Part shown: positions 10,498 to 19,752 of the stretch, piece by piece
How the letters are laid out: each line of letters starts with the position of its first letter
How positions within the stretch are numbered: the first letter of the stretch is position 1
Source of the DNA: an uncultured Anaerolineaceae bacterium
GTDB lineage: Bacteria > Chloroflexota > Limnocylindria > Limnocylindrales > CSP1-4
Length of the DNA stretch: 64,000 nt
Direction of reading: 5' to 3'
NCBI GenBank assembly: GCA_964579825.1
Contig: CAZOHT010000004.1
Coordinates: 16,558 to 80,557 of the forward strand
Program-made: the position numbers and the translations under genes
The notes under the pieces: model-generated
The model's database searches: none
The model's input: the letters and a program-made list of their open reading frames with translations, nothing else
Told to the model about the DNA's origin: nothing

Positions 10498-11814
10498 GTG
10501 ACCGACGCGCGCACGATCGTCTTCTTTCCCGAGGGCGCCTTCGGGCCCACCAACAACTGCGTCGGGATCGGCCAGGTGCTTCGAGCGCGCGGCCACCGGG
10601 TGGTGTTCATCGTCGAGGAGTCGTTCGCCGGGACGCTGGAGGCGAAGGGCTTCGAGGAACGGCTGATGCGGCTGGGGCCGCCGCCCGAGGTGCCCGAGGT
10701 CCCCGGCCAGTTCTGGATCGACTTCATCCGCGACACGTCGCCGGTCTTCCGAAAGCCGACGATCGAGCAGTTGGGCGAATTCATCGCACCGACCTGGCAG
10801 GCGCTCATCGACGGCTCGAAGTACGTCACGCCGCGGCTCCTGGAGATCATCGATGAGCTGGCGCCGGACGTCGTCGTCGAGGACAACGTGGTGGCGTTCC
10901 CGGCCCTGGCCGGGTCCGGCCGCCCGTGGGTCCGGATCGTGTCGTGCAACCCGGCCGAGATGAAGGACCCGGCGATCGCGCCCTTCTCGTCCGGCTACCC
11001 GGTCGCGGATCGAAGCGCCTGGCCGGACTTCCTCGAGGAGGTCGATCGGACGCACCGGGACATGTGGGACGACTTCGATGCCTTCGCGCGCGAGCACGGG
11101 GAGACCGGCCTGTCGTACGGGCCCCACGGCCCGGACTTCATCGCCGAGTCGCCGTGGCTGAACCTCTTCCTCTACCCCGCGGAGGCCGACTACGAGCGCG
11201 AGCGGGCCCTGGGGCCGACCTGGCACCGGCTGGACTCGTCGGTCCGAGCCGCCGAGACGACGTGGGAGTTGCCCGAGCACCTGCGGGCGCGCGATGGGTC
11301 CCTCATCTACCTGTCGTTGGGCAGCCTGGGTTCCGCCGACGTGGCCCTGATGCAACGGCTGGTGGACCTGCTGGCCACGACCGAGCATCGCGTCATCGTC
11401 TCGAAGGGGCCGCTGGCCGATCAGATCACGCTCCACGACAACCAGACCGGTGAAGGATTCCTGCCACAGCCGGCGATCCTGCCCCAGGCCGATCTCGTGA
11501 TCACCCACGGCGGCAACAACACCGTCACCGAGTCGTTCCATCACGGCAAGCCGATGATCGTGCTGCCGCTGTTCTGGGACCAGGTCGACAACGCCCAGCG
11601 CATCGACGAGACCGGGTTCGGCGTCCGGCTGCCCGCCTACGACTTCCGCGACGAGGAACTGACGGACGCCATCGACGACCTGCTGGCGAACGAGACGCTG
11701 CGGTCGCGGCTGGCAGCGGTCTCGAAGCGGCTGAAGGCCAGCCCGGGCAACGTCCGTGCCGCGGACCTCATCGAGCGCGTCGCGCGGACCGGCGAACCGG
11801 TGGCTGGCGCCTGA
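10498..11814 (+). CDS. UDP-glycosyltransferase, GT1 (MGT/macrolide-glycosyltransferase-like) family
   Basis: VTDARTIVFFPEGAFGPTNN...; C-terminal THGGNNTVTESFHHGKPMIVLPLFWDQ signature. GTG 10498 is preceded by AGGAG. Confidence 0.8.
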   Translation: MTDARTIVFFPEGAFGPTNNCVGIGQVLRARGHRVVFIVEESFAGTLEAKGFEERLMRLGPPPEVPEVPGQFWIDFIRDTSPVFRKPTIEQLGEFIAPTWQALIDGSKYVTPRLLEIIDELAPDVVVEDNVVAFPALAGSGRPWVRIVSCNPAEMKDPAIAPFSSGYPVADRSAWPDFLEEVDRTHRDMWDDFDAFAREHGETGLSYGPHGPDFIAESPWLNLFLYPAEADYERERALGPTWHRLDSSVRAAETTWELPEHLRARDGSLIYLSLGSLGSADVALMQRLVDLLATTEHRVIVSKGPLADQITLHDNQTGEGFLPQPAILPQADLVITHGGNNTVTESFHHGKPMIVLPLFWDQVDNAQRIDETGFGVRLPAYDFRDEELTDAIDDLLANETLRSRLAAVSKRLKASPGNVRAADLIERVARTGEPVAGA

Positions 11815-11820
11815 GGCCGC

Positions 11821-12294
11821 TCAGTCGGGCTGGACGCGCTCCAGGACGACGACCGGGATGATCCGGTCGGTCTTGGCCGGGTACTCGCCGATGCCGACAT
11901 GGATCGCGACGTGCTGGTCCCACAGGCGCTGGCGTTCGGCGCCTTCGGCCGTGGACGCGCGAACCTTGATCGTCTCGAGGTCGACTTCGATCGTCGCGGT
12001 CGGGTCCGCCAGGAGGTTGCGGTACCACGCGGGGTTGTCGGGAGCGCCGCCCTTCGAGGCGGTCACGACGAACCGATCGCCATCGCGCGAGTAGGCGAGC
12101 GGGATCGTCCGCGGCTCGCCCGACTTGGCGCCCGTGGTCGTGAGCAGGAAGACGTCGCGTCCGACGAACCAGCCGGTCCTCGGGTGGCCGTACTCGCGGA
12201 TCTCCGCCATCAAGATCCGGGTCATCTCCTGGTAGTCGGGCGCCGGGACGGGCTCGGGGACGCCTTTGACGGTCTCGGTCACGGTGTCGGTCAC
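11821..12294 (-). CDS. Deazaflavin (F420)-dependent nitroreductase family protein (DDN-like)
   Basis: 157 aa; TTTGAKSGEPRTIPL..VVTASKGGAPDNPAWYRNL pattern. Confidence 0.8.
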   Translation of the reverse strand: MTDTVTETVKGVPEPVPAPDYQEMTRILMAEIREYGHPRTGWFVGRDVFLLTTTGAKSGEPRTIPLAYSRDGDRFVVTASKGGAPDNPAWYRNLLADPTATIEVDLETIKVRASTAEGAERQRLWDQHVAIHVGIGEYPAKTDRIIPVVVLERVQPD

Positions 12295-12394
12295 AGGGGC
12301 TCCTAGGGGTCAGGTCGTTCATGTGGTGGTCGTTGACGAAGCAACTAGCGTACACCCGCGCGACCCGGGGCGTCGGCGGGCGTAGAGTGCCGCG

Positions 12395-12817
12395 GTGATC
12401 GATCGCGACCGACCGTCGAGCCTGACCGCGCTGGCGATCCTGGCCGCGCTCGTCGGACTGATCCTCCTGGTCGTGTCGACGCTCGGCGTGATCGCGCTCA
12501 TCGGTCTCGGCGCGGGCATGGGCGCACCGAACGGCATCGTCGGTCCGACCCAGGTCTGGGCGCTCATCAGCTTCTCGATCCTGTCGGTCGGCAGCGTGCT
12601 GTACCTGGTCTTCGCGGTCGGCACGTTCGCTTCGAGTCCGACGGCCTGGTGGGCGGGCATCCTCGGGGCCATCGCGAGCCTCATCTCGACGGTCGTCGTC
12701 GTCGCCATCGGGGGCGGCGGTGAGGTCGCCAGCCTGGTGGTCTCGGTGGGCTTCGCCGTCGCGATGCTGGTCGGACTGCTGCGAGCGGCGCCCATCCGGG
12801 CGTACTTCGGCCGCTGA
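12395..12817 (+). CDS. Hypothetical integral membrane protein (about 4 TM)
   Basis: 140-aa hydrophobic ORF with high third-position GC and a GTG start. No family recognised. Confidence 0.6.
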   Translation: MIDRDRPSSLTALAILAALVGLILLVVSTLGVIALIGLGAGMGAPNGIVGPTQVWALISFSILSVGSVLYLVFAVGTFASSPTAWWAGILGAIASLISTVVVVAIGGGGEVASLVVSVGFAVAMLVGLLRAAPIRAYFGR

Positions 12818-12940
12818 GCGGCGCCCCGCCCGTCCTATAGCGCGCCCACCCGCTCCGCGTGGCGGAACGAGGTAGCCGGGCTGGACTACGATGTCCGGAC
12901 TTCAACCACGGACCCGTATCGTCCCCAGGAGGACCCTCCG

Positions 12941-14392
12941 TTGACCGACACGCTCGAGGCAGTGAAGACCTACAAGCAGTTCATCGGCGGGGACTTCGTG
13001 GATGCCGCCGACGGGCGCACCGCGGACGTGATCAATCCGGCCAATGACCAGGTCATCGCCAACGTCCCGGCGAGTGCGCAGGAAGACGTCAACCGCGCCG
13101 TCGACGCCGCCGCGAAGGCGTTCGAGACCTGGAAGCAGACCACCCCGCAGGACCGATCGCTGCTGCTCCTCAAGATCGCCGATGCGCTCGAGGCGAACGC
13201 CGATGCGCTCGGCCGGCTCGAGAGTGCCAATGCCGGCAAGCCGGTCGGGGCCGCGATCGACGAGATCGGCGTCTGTGCGGACCTGTTCCGCTTCTTCGCC
13301 GGCGCCTCGCGGGTCATGGACGGCCTAGCCGCCAACGAGTTCGTGGCCGGCCACACGTCGATCATCCGCCGCGACCCGATCGGGGTCGTCGCCTCGATCG
13401 CCCCGTGGAATTACCCGCTCTACATGGCCTCGTGGAAGCTCGGGCCCGCCCTGGCGACCGGCAACACGGTCGTGCTGAAGCCATCGGCCCGTACGCCGCT
13501 GAGTGCGCTCGCCTTCGCCGAGCTCCTGTCCGAGATCCTGCCCGCCGGGGTCGTCAACGTCCTGTCCGGCTCGGGGGCCGACATCGGCGATGCGCTGGTG
13601 ACGCACCCGACCGTCCGGATGGTCTCGATCACCGGCGACACGGTCACCGGCAAGCGGATCGCGAAGCTGGCCTCCGACTCGGTCAAGCGGCTCCACCTGG
13701 AGTTGGGTGGCAAGGCGCCGGTCATCGTCTTCGACGATGCCGACGTGGACCTGGCAGCCGAGACACTCCGGTTCGCCGGCTACTGGAACTCCGGCCAGGA
13801 CTGCACGGCGGCGACCCGCGTGCTGGCCGGTCCCAAGGTGTACGACCAGTTCGTGTCCGCCCTGTCGGAGCAGGTCAGCACCATCAAGTGGGGCGACCCG
13901 GCCGAGGGTGACGACATCGAGATGGGCTCGATGATCGCCCAGGCCCAGGCCGAGAAGGTCCAGGGTATGGTCGATCGCGCCCGCGCCGGCGCCGAGGTGG
14001 TGGTGGGTGGCGAGCGGCCGGATCGGGCCGGTTCGTACTACACGCCGACGGTCATCGCCGGCCCGGACCAGAAGTCCGAGATCATCCAGGACGAGATCTT
14101 CGGCCCGGTCGTCACGGTCCAGCGCTTCAGCGACGAGGACCAGGCGGTCGCCTGGGCGAACGACACGCCCTTCGGGCTCGCGTCCTCGGTCTTCACGACC
14201 GACATCGGCAAGGCCATGCGGGTCGCGAAGGCGCTCGAATTCGGCCACGTCTGGATCAACGAGCACTTCACCCTGGCCTCGGAGACCCCGCACGGTGGCG
14301 TCAAGCAGTCCGGCTGGGGCAAGGACGGCTCGAAGTACGCGCTCGAGGACTACACGTTCGTCAAGCACGTGATGATCAACACCGGCAGCTGA
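12941..14392 (+). CDS. NAD(P)-dependent aldehyde dehydrogenase (aminobutyraldehyde/betaine-aldehyde DH-like)
   Basis: 483 aa; ELGGKAP and GQDCTAATR catalytic motifs. TTG start is preceded by AGGAGGA. Confidence 0.9.
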   Translation: MTDTLEAVKTYKQFIGGDFVDAADGRTADVINPANDQVIANVPASAQEDVNRAVDAAAKAFETWKQTTPQDRSLLLLKIADALEANADALGRLESANAGKPVGAAIDEIGVCADLFRFFAGASRVMDGLAANEFVAGHTSIIRRDPIGVVASIAPWNYPLYMASWKLGPALATGNTVVLKPSARTPLSALAFAELLSEILPAGVVNVLSGSGADIGDALVTHPTVRMVSITGDTVTGKRIAKLASDSVKRLHLELGGKAPVIVFDDADVDLAAETLRFAGYWNSGQDCTAATRVLAGPKVYDQFVSALSEQVSTIKWGDPAEGDDIEMGSMIAQAQAEKVQGMVDRARAGAEVVVGGERPDRAGSYYTPTVIAGPDQKSEIIQDEIFGPVVTVQRFSDEDQAVAWANDTPFGLASSVFTTDIGKAMRVAKALEFGHVWINEHFTLASETPHGGVKQSGWGKDGSKYALEDYTFVKHVMINTGS

Positions 14393-15819
14393 GCGCGCAC
14401 GGGGAGGTCGCGGCCGAGCTCGCCCGGCTCGACCGCGACGACCTCACCGCCAGTCGCTGGTTCGGCGGCCGCGGCCGAACGATCACGACGATCGAACTCC
14501 AGGACGCGTTCATCCTGGACGAGTCGGTGCCGCATGTCCTGGCGATCGCCGGCGTGCGGCTGGACGACGGGTCGGAGCGGCGATACGCCTTCGCCTTGAC
14601 CGGGCGTCCGGTGCGGGTCGCGTCGGCTGGCGATGGGGCGTGGGGCGGCCTGGTCGCCGCCATGGCCGAGGGCCGGACGATCCCGGCCCTGCGGCCCGAC
14701 TCGGATCCCGGGGCCACGCCGACAGCGGCGCTGGTGTGCCGGCCGGCGAGCGCGATGGTCGGAGGCGCCTGGGCGCTGGGGGAGCGGCCGTTGGGGGCTG
14801 ACCAGTCCAACACGTCGGTGGTCCTGGGCGAGGCCGTCCTGCTCAAGGCGTTCCGGCGGCTGCAGCCCGGGCTGAACCCGGAGCTGGAACTCGGCGCGTA
14901 CCTGAGCGAGGAAGCCGGGTTCGCCGCGGTGGCGCCACTGGCCGGGTTCGCTGAGCTGGTCTCGTCGCGCCATGGGACGGAGACGGTCGCGGTCGCCCAC
15001 GCCTTCATCCACGACGGCGCGGATGCCTACGAGTCGATCGCCGAGGCGCTGACGACCTGGATCCTGGCACCGGGCGAGGTGAGCGTCGAGTTCGCGACGG
15101 AGGTGGCGGCCGACCTTGGGACGCTGACCGCCGGGCTGCACGGGGCGTTGGCGGGCGCCCGCGGCGTGCCGGATCTGGAACCCCGGGACGCGTCTCGCGC
15201 GGAGCTGAAGGCGTGGTCCCGCACGGCCCGTCGGGGCCTGGCCGGCGCGACGGATGTCGTGACCGGCGAGGCGGCCACGGTCCTGCGCGATCTGTCGCCA
15301 CGGATCGCCGAGGGCTTCGAGGCGTTCGAAGCGTCCGCGACGCTGCCGCTGTTGACGCGGATCCACGCCGACTACCACCTCGGCCAGGTGCTCATCTCGG
15401 ACGACGGCTACCGGATCGTCGACTTCGAGGGCGACCCGCTCAGGACCATCGAGGAGCGACGGGCACTCGATTCGCCACTGCGGGACGTGGCGTCGATGCT
15501 GCGGTCGCTGGACCACGTGGGTCGCTCGGCGGGTCGACGAGCGGTGGCGCGGAACGGCGGGCGTGCGGAGTCACCGGGGCTGGACCTGCCGGCCTGGTTG
15601 CGCCGGTCGCGCGAGCGGTTTCTGGCCGCGTATCGGGCCGGGATCCGCGAAGCCGGGGTGCCGATCGTGCTCGATCCGACCCTCCTGCGCGCCTTCGAGC
15701 TCGACAAGGAGTGCCGCGAGTTCATCTATGCCGCGACGTACCTGCCCTCGTGGCTGTGGGCGCCGACCGAGGGCCTCCGCGGACTCTTCGACGCGGAAGG
15801 ACAGGGGCGATCCCGATGA
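14389..15819 (+). CDS. mak: Maltokinase (Mak/Pep2 family); start uncertain
   Basis: QSNTSVVLGEAVLLKAFRRL.PG.NPE.E and HADYHLGQVL..DFEGDP...ERRALDSPLRDVASMLRS resemble mycobacterial Mak. The conserved N-terminal SRWFGGRGR motif lies upstream of the first canonical start (GTG 14527). I extend to an in-frame CTG at 14389 that overlaps the ALDH stop (CTGA). Confidence 0.7.
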   Translation: MSAHGEVAAELARLDRDDLTASRWFGGRGRTITTIELQDAFILDESVPHVLAIAGVRLDDGSERRYAFALTGRPVRVASAGDGAWGGLVAAMAEGRTIPALRPDSDPGATPTAALVCRPASAMVGGAWALGERPLGADQSNTSVVLGEAVLLKAFRRLQPGLNPELELGAYLSEEAGFAAVAPLAGFAELVSSRHGTETVAVAHAFIHDGADAYESIAEALTTWILAPGEVSVEFATEVAADLGTLTAGLHGALAGARGVPDLEPRDASRAELKAWSRTARRGLAGATDVVTGEAATVLRDLSPRIAEGFEAFEASATLPLLTRIHADYHLGQVLISDDGYRIVDFEGDPLRTIEERRALDSPLRDVASMLRSLDHVGRSAGRRAVARNGGRAESPGLDLPAWLRRSRERFLAAYRAGIREAGVPIVLDPTLLRAFELDKECREFIYAATYLPSWLWAPTEGLRGLFDAEGQGRSR

Positions 15820-16736
15820 CCGTCGATCGGGCGGTCGCCTTCGAGGCCGACATCGCGGCCTCACCCGCTGCGTTGGCCCGATGCCTGGACGCGTGGCGAC
15901 CGATCCAGCTCGGCGGGCGGTCGCGGTTCGCCTTCACGGGTCTCGGCAGCTCCCGCTACGCGGCCCTCATCGTCGCCTCGGCCCTGCGAGCCGGTGGGAC
16001 GGCGGCGTGGGCCGAGTACGCGTCGACCTCGACGCCGACCGCCCCCGCGGAGGACCTGGTCCTGGTCGCGATCTCGGCCTCCGGGCGCACGCCGGAGGTC
16101 GTCGCCGCCGCTGCCGCCCATCGCGGGACCAGCCTGGTCGTGGCGGTCACGAACGCCCCGAATTCGCCCTTGACGGACCAGGCCGACATCACGATCGCTC
16201 TCGAGGCCGGGGACGAGGTGTCCGGCCTCGCCTGTCGGACGTTCCGGGCGACCCTCGCCGCGCTGGCGCTGTTGACGGATCTCGCCGATGTGGCGGGCCT
16301 CCGCCCGGCCGTGGACGACCTTGCGCTTCGGCTCGGCGCGGCGAGTCTGTGGCGTGCGCGATTCGTCGACGCGCTCGACGGCGCGCCATCGATCGACGTC
16401 CTCGCGGACGCATCGATGGTTGGGCTGGCCGAGCAGGCGGCTCTGATGCTCCGTGAGGCGCCACGTCTGCCGGCCACCGCCTACGACACCAGCGATTGGC
16501 TGCACACCGGGGTCTACCTCGCGCTGCCCGGCCACCGTGTCGTGCTGTATCCGGGAACCCGAGTCGATGGCGAGGTGGTCGCCACCGTCCAGCGACGCGG
16601 AGGCGAGGCGCTGATGGTGGATCCGCCGTTGCCCGGGACCGCCGGCTCCCTGATCGGTCGGGCGATCGCGGACTCGGTCGTCGCCGAACTCATCGCGGCC
16701 GCGCTCTGGGATCGGGCTGACGCGCCGGAGCGATGA
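15816..16736 (+). CDS. SIS (sugar isomerase) domain protein, GlmS-C/FrlB-like
   Basis: MTVDRAVAFEADI...FTGLGSSRYAA...ISASGRTPEV. ATGA overlap with mak; the upstream part of track ORF 15213.. is shadow. Confidence 0.75.
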   Translation: MTVDRAVAFEADIAASPAALARCLDAWRPIQLGGRSRFAFTGLGSSRYAALIVASALRAGGTAAWAEYASTSTPTAPAEDLVLVAISASGRTPEVVAAAAAHRGTSLVVAVTNAPNSPLTDQADITIALEAGDEVSGLACRTFRATLAALALLTDLADVAGLRPAVDDLALRLGAASLWRARFVDALDGAPSIDVLADASMVGLAEQAALMLREAPRLPATAYDTSDWLHTGVYLALPGHRVVLYPGTRVDGEVVATVQRRGGEALMVDPPLPGTAGSLIGRAIADSVVAELIAAALWDRADAPER

Positions 16737-16807
16737 CGTGAGCGACCGGTGCGTACTCTAGGGCCCGGCAGTCCGCGCGGGTGCTGCCGAACGTCGGAGG
16801 GCTAGGT

Positions 16808-17200
16808 ATGCATACGCTGACCATCGAGGATCGGACCGCGACCGGCAAGCCGGTCGGCTCGATCACCCTGCCGGATCTGCCGGACTCGATCACGTTGCGT
16901 GAACTGATCCGGACGCGCGTCCGGGAAGAGGTCGCCCGGTACAACCTGCGCCCGGTTTCGATCTTCAACGGACTGGTCCAGCCGGAAGGAGCGGATCAGA
17001 CCAGCAACGGGTTCCACATGCCGCGACCCAGACCGATCGACTGGCAGCGACAGGCTGACATCGCGATCGACCGATTCGAGCGCAATGGGTTCTTCGTCCT
17101 GGTCGGAGGCCGGCAGGTCGTCGATCTGGATACCCGTCTGGACCTGACGGGCACCCTCGATGTCGGCTTCATCAAGCTGACCCCGCTTGTCGGTGGCTGA
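16808..17200 (+). CDS. Small hypothetical protein ending in Gly-Gly (possible beta-grasp/ubiquitin-like fold)
   Basis: ATG 16808 is preceded by GGAGGG, and third-position GC is high. The C-terminus FFVLVGGRQVVDLDTRLDLTGTLDVGFIKLTPLVGG-stop resembles ThiS/MoaD C-termini. Confidence 0.65.
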   Translation: MHTLTIEDRTATGKPVGSITLPDLPDSITLRELIRTRVREEVARYNLRPVSIFNGLVQPEGADQTSNGFHMPRPRPIDWQRQADIAIDRFERNGFFVLVGGRQVVDLDTRLDLTGTLDVGFIKLTPLVGG

Positions 17201-19739
17201 CGAGATCGCCTCGCCACCGTTCATGACCCTCGGCGACCACCGCCGAGTGGCCGGTGACATCGTTGACGCCGCCATCCGCGCGGCGAGTCGCAACTACGTC
17301 GCCGACCTACGCCAGTTGCCGGAGGTGGCCACGCTGTTGCGCGCATCAGCGCCTGATCGATCTCGCTCGATCGCCGTGGTGCTCGTGGAACGAACGATCA
17401 AGGGCAGTGGTATGGCGGCCCGCATCGGCTCGCTGTTCAGCTCGGGCGGATGGGAGACGGCGTGGACCGCTGGTCGCATCCTCGGATTGGTGGCACCGAA
17501 ACCCATCCCGTTCAGCCGGGACGACGCTGCCATGCTCCTCGAACTGGTCAGCTCAGCGGCGGGGCGGCGAGCGGGCGGCGCGGACGAGTTCGAGGTCGGA
17601 CCCGTATTGTCCGTGACGGTGGGAGCCGCCGAGCGGGCGGTCAAGCTCGGCGGACTGAAGGAACTCGAGTCTCCCGTGCGGCAGCTGACCGAAGCCCTGG
17701 ACCGCTTCGGCTACTACGACGAACTGAAGACGGCCCGCTATCGAGCTCGCCTCGTGGCACTTCTCCAATCCGGAGGCGTCGAGATCGACCCCTGGTTGAT
17801 CAACGAAGGCGATGCGTGGGGTCGGATGGTCCGACCAGTCATCCTCTCGGCGGACCCCTCCCTGGCGCCGTTCCTCACCCATCTGCCGACAGGGGACGGC
17901 GTCGTCCCGCCGGCGAAGTGGCGTTCGCGGCTCCGCGAACTGCTGGTGCTGGAGGGCGCTAAGGAGATGACCCGCGAACTGGTCGCGGCGGCAATCGCGG
18001 CACCGAAGGCCGCCCCGCCCAGGGTGATCCAGATCGAGGCTCGGACGATCACCGAGGACGATTCCGGGATCCAGTCGCGCAACGCGCTCGTGCTCAGAGG
18101 CGCGCTCTGGGCGGCCGGTGAGCTGCGAGAACCGTGGGTGGCGGGCCTCCTGGGTGAGATCGGGATCTACTACGGGACGTCGGGGTTCGGGAACATCGCC
18201 AGGGACGAACGGATCGCGAACACGGCGGCCGCGGTCCTTGCCACGCTCGACGACGAGGCCGCGTTCACGGCCCTGGGCCGGATGAAGGCCAAGGTCACCA
18301 ATCGCAACGTGACGAAGCAGGTCGCCAAGGCGCTTGACACCGCCGCCGCTCGGAACGGCGTGTCGGCGTCAGAGCTGCTCGAGCTGGCTGTCCCGACGCT
18401 GGGTCTCGACGCGGACCGGCGGTGTCAGGAGTCGGACGGGGACTGGACCGCGATCATCGAGGTCGACCCGGGTGCGGTCACGAACCTGACCTGGCGTGGG
18501 CCGGACGGACGCGAGACCACGCGACCACCGAAGACGCTGGCTGACAGCGAGCCCGCCTTCGTCCGGCGGGCCAAGGGCCTCGAGAAGGAGATCCAGAAGG
18601 GCCTCGTGCTGGAACGGGGCCGCGTCGAGGATCTGCTTGCGGAGGAGCGCGAGTGGCCCATCGCCGTGTGGCGAGCCCGATATCTCCAGCATCCCGTGAC
18701 GAGCGTGTTCGCCCGCCGACTCGTCTGGATCTTCATCGACGGACCGGCAGCTGTGCCCGGGATCGCACTGACGGACGAGCCGGTCGGGGTCGATGGCGAG
18801 TCCGTGCCGCTCAGCGACGACGCGCGCGTCCGGCTCTGGCACCCGATCCACGCCACCGACGAGGCGATCGCAGCGTGGCGGTCGTACCTGGTCGAACGCC
18901 GGGTCCGACAGCCGTTCAAGCAGGCCTTCCGCGAGGTCTACCGCCTGACGCCGGCCGAAGAGGACACCGTCATCTACTCCAACCGGTTTGCCGGCCACAT
19001 CCTCGCCTACGGCCAGGCCCGGGCGCTGATGACCGCTCGCCGCTGGGGATCGAACTTCCTGGGGTCGTTCGACGGCGGCGATACGGGCGTCGCGAAGCGC
19101 GAATTCAGGAGCTACGGACTCCAAGCCGAGTTCTATCACGACGCGATCTACGACGACGAGGATCAGTGGGCGACCGAAGTCCGGCATTGCAGCACCGATC
19201 AGGTCCGGTTCGTGCCGATGGGACGGCGGGACGCGGAACCGGTCAGGCTCGTCGAGGTTCCTCCGATCGTCTTCTCCGAGGCGATGCGGGACGTCGACCT
19301 GTTCGTTGGCGTGAGTTCGGTCGCGGCGGACACGAACTGGCAGGACACCGGCCTTCGCCGTGACGTGGCCTTTCGTCAGTACTTCGATGCGTACTGGGAC
19401 GGCGAGCTCGGTGGCTCCGCACGGGTCCGGCGCGATGCGATCGAACGGATGCTTCCCGGTCTGACGATCGCCGACCGCTGCAAGCTCCTCGACCGCTACC
19501 TCGAAGTCCGTGGGGACAAGCGGACCTACAAGATCCACCTCGGCTCCGGCAACATCCTGATGGAACCGGCGGACACCTACCTGTGCATCGTCCCAGCTCG
19601 CGGCGGGCGAACTGCTGGCGGAGCGTTCCTGCCGTTCGACGACGACCCGATGCTCAGCCTCATCCTCAGCAAGGCGTTCCTCCTGGCCGACGACAAAGCC
19701 ATCACGGACCGGACGATCCTGCAGCAGATCGGCCGCTAG
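17187..19739 (+). CDS. Large DUF4132-like protein (helical-repeat N-region; MolR/YehI-type C-region)
   Basis: 850-aa ORF. The region RQPFKQAFREVYRLTPAEEDT..YSNRFAGHIL..ARALMTARRW and the tail RTYKIHLGSGNILMEP..YLCIVP recall DUF4132 proteins. In-frame start options are TTG 17187, GTG 17193 and ATG 17223. Confidence 0.6.
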   Translation: MSVADEIASPPFMTLGDHRRVAGDIVDAAIRAASRNYVADLRQLPEVATLLRASAPDRSRSIAVVLVERTIKGSGMAARIGSLFSSGGWETAWTAGRILGLVAPKPIPFSRDDAAMLLELVSSAAGRRAGGADEFEVGPVLSVTVGAAERAVKLGGLKELESPVRQLTEALDRFGYYDELKTARYRARLVALLQSGGVEIDPWLINEGDAWGRMVRPVILSADPSLAPFLTHLPTGDGVVPPAKWRSRLRELLVLEGAKEMTRELVAAAIAAPKAAPPRVIQIEARTITEDDSGIQSRNALVLRGALWAAGELREPWVAGLLGEIGIYYGTSGFGNIARDERIANTAAAVLATLDDEAAFTALGRMKAKVTNRNVTKQVAKALDTAAARNGVSASELLELAVPTLGLDADRRCQESDGDWTAIIEVDPGAVTNLTWRGPDGRETTRPPKTLADSEPAFVRRAKGLEKEIQKGLVLERGRVEDLLAEEREWPIAVWRARYLQHPVTSVFARRLVWIFIDGPAAVPGIALTDEPVGVDGESVPLSDDARVRLWHPIHATDEAIAAWRSYLVERRVRQPFKQAFREVYRLTPAEEDTVIYSNRFAGHILAYGQARALMTARRWGSNFLGSFDGGDTGVAKREFRSYGLQAEFYHDAIYDDEDQWATEVRHCSTDQVRFVPMGRRDAEPVRLVEVPPIVFSEAMRDVDLFVGVSSVAADTNWQDTGLRRDVAFRQYFDAYWDGELGGSARVRRDAIERMLPGLTIADRCKLLDRYLEVRGDKRTYKIHLGSGNILMEPADTYLCIVPARGGRTAGGAFLPFDDDPMLSLILSKAFLLADDKAITDRTILQQIGR

Positions 19740-19752
19740 ACACCCGCGACAG

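Noticed and set aside
14389-16736. Annotating a GlgE-pathway (TreS-Mak-GlgE) locus
   Set aside because: Only the kinase is present. Its neighbours are an aldehyde dehydrogenase and a SIS protein, so pathway context is unsupported in this window.
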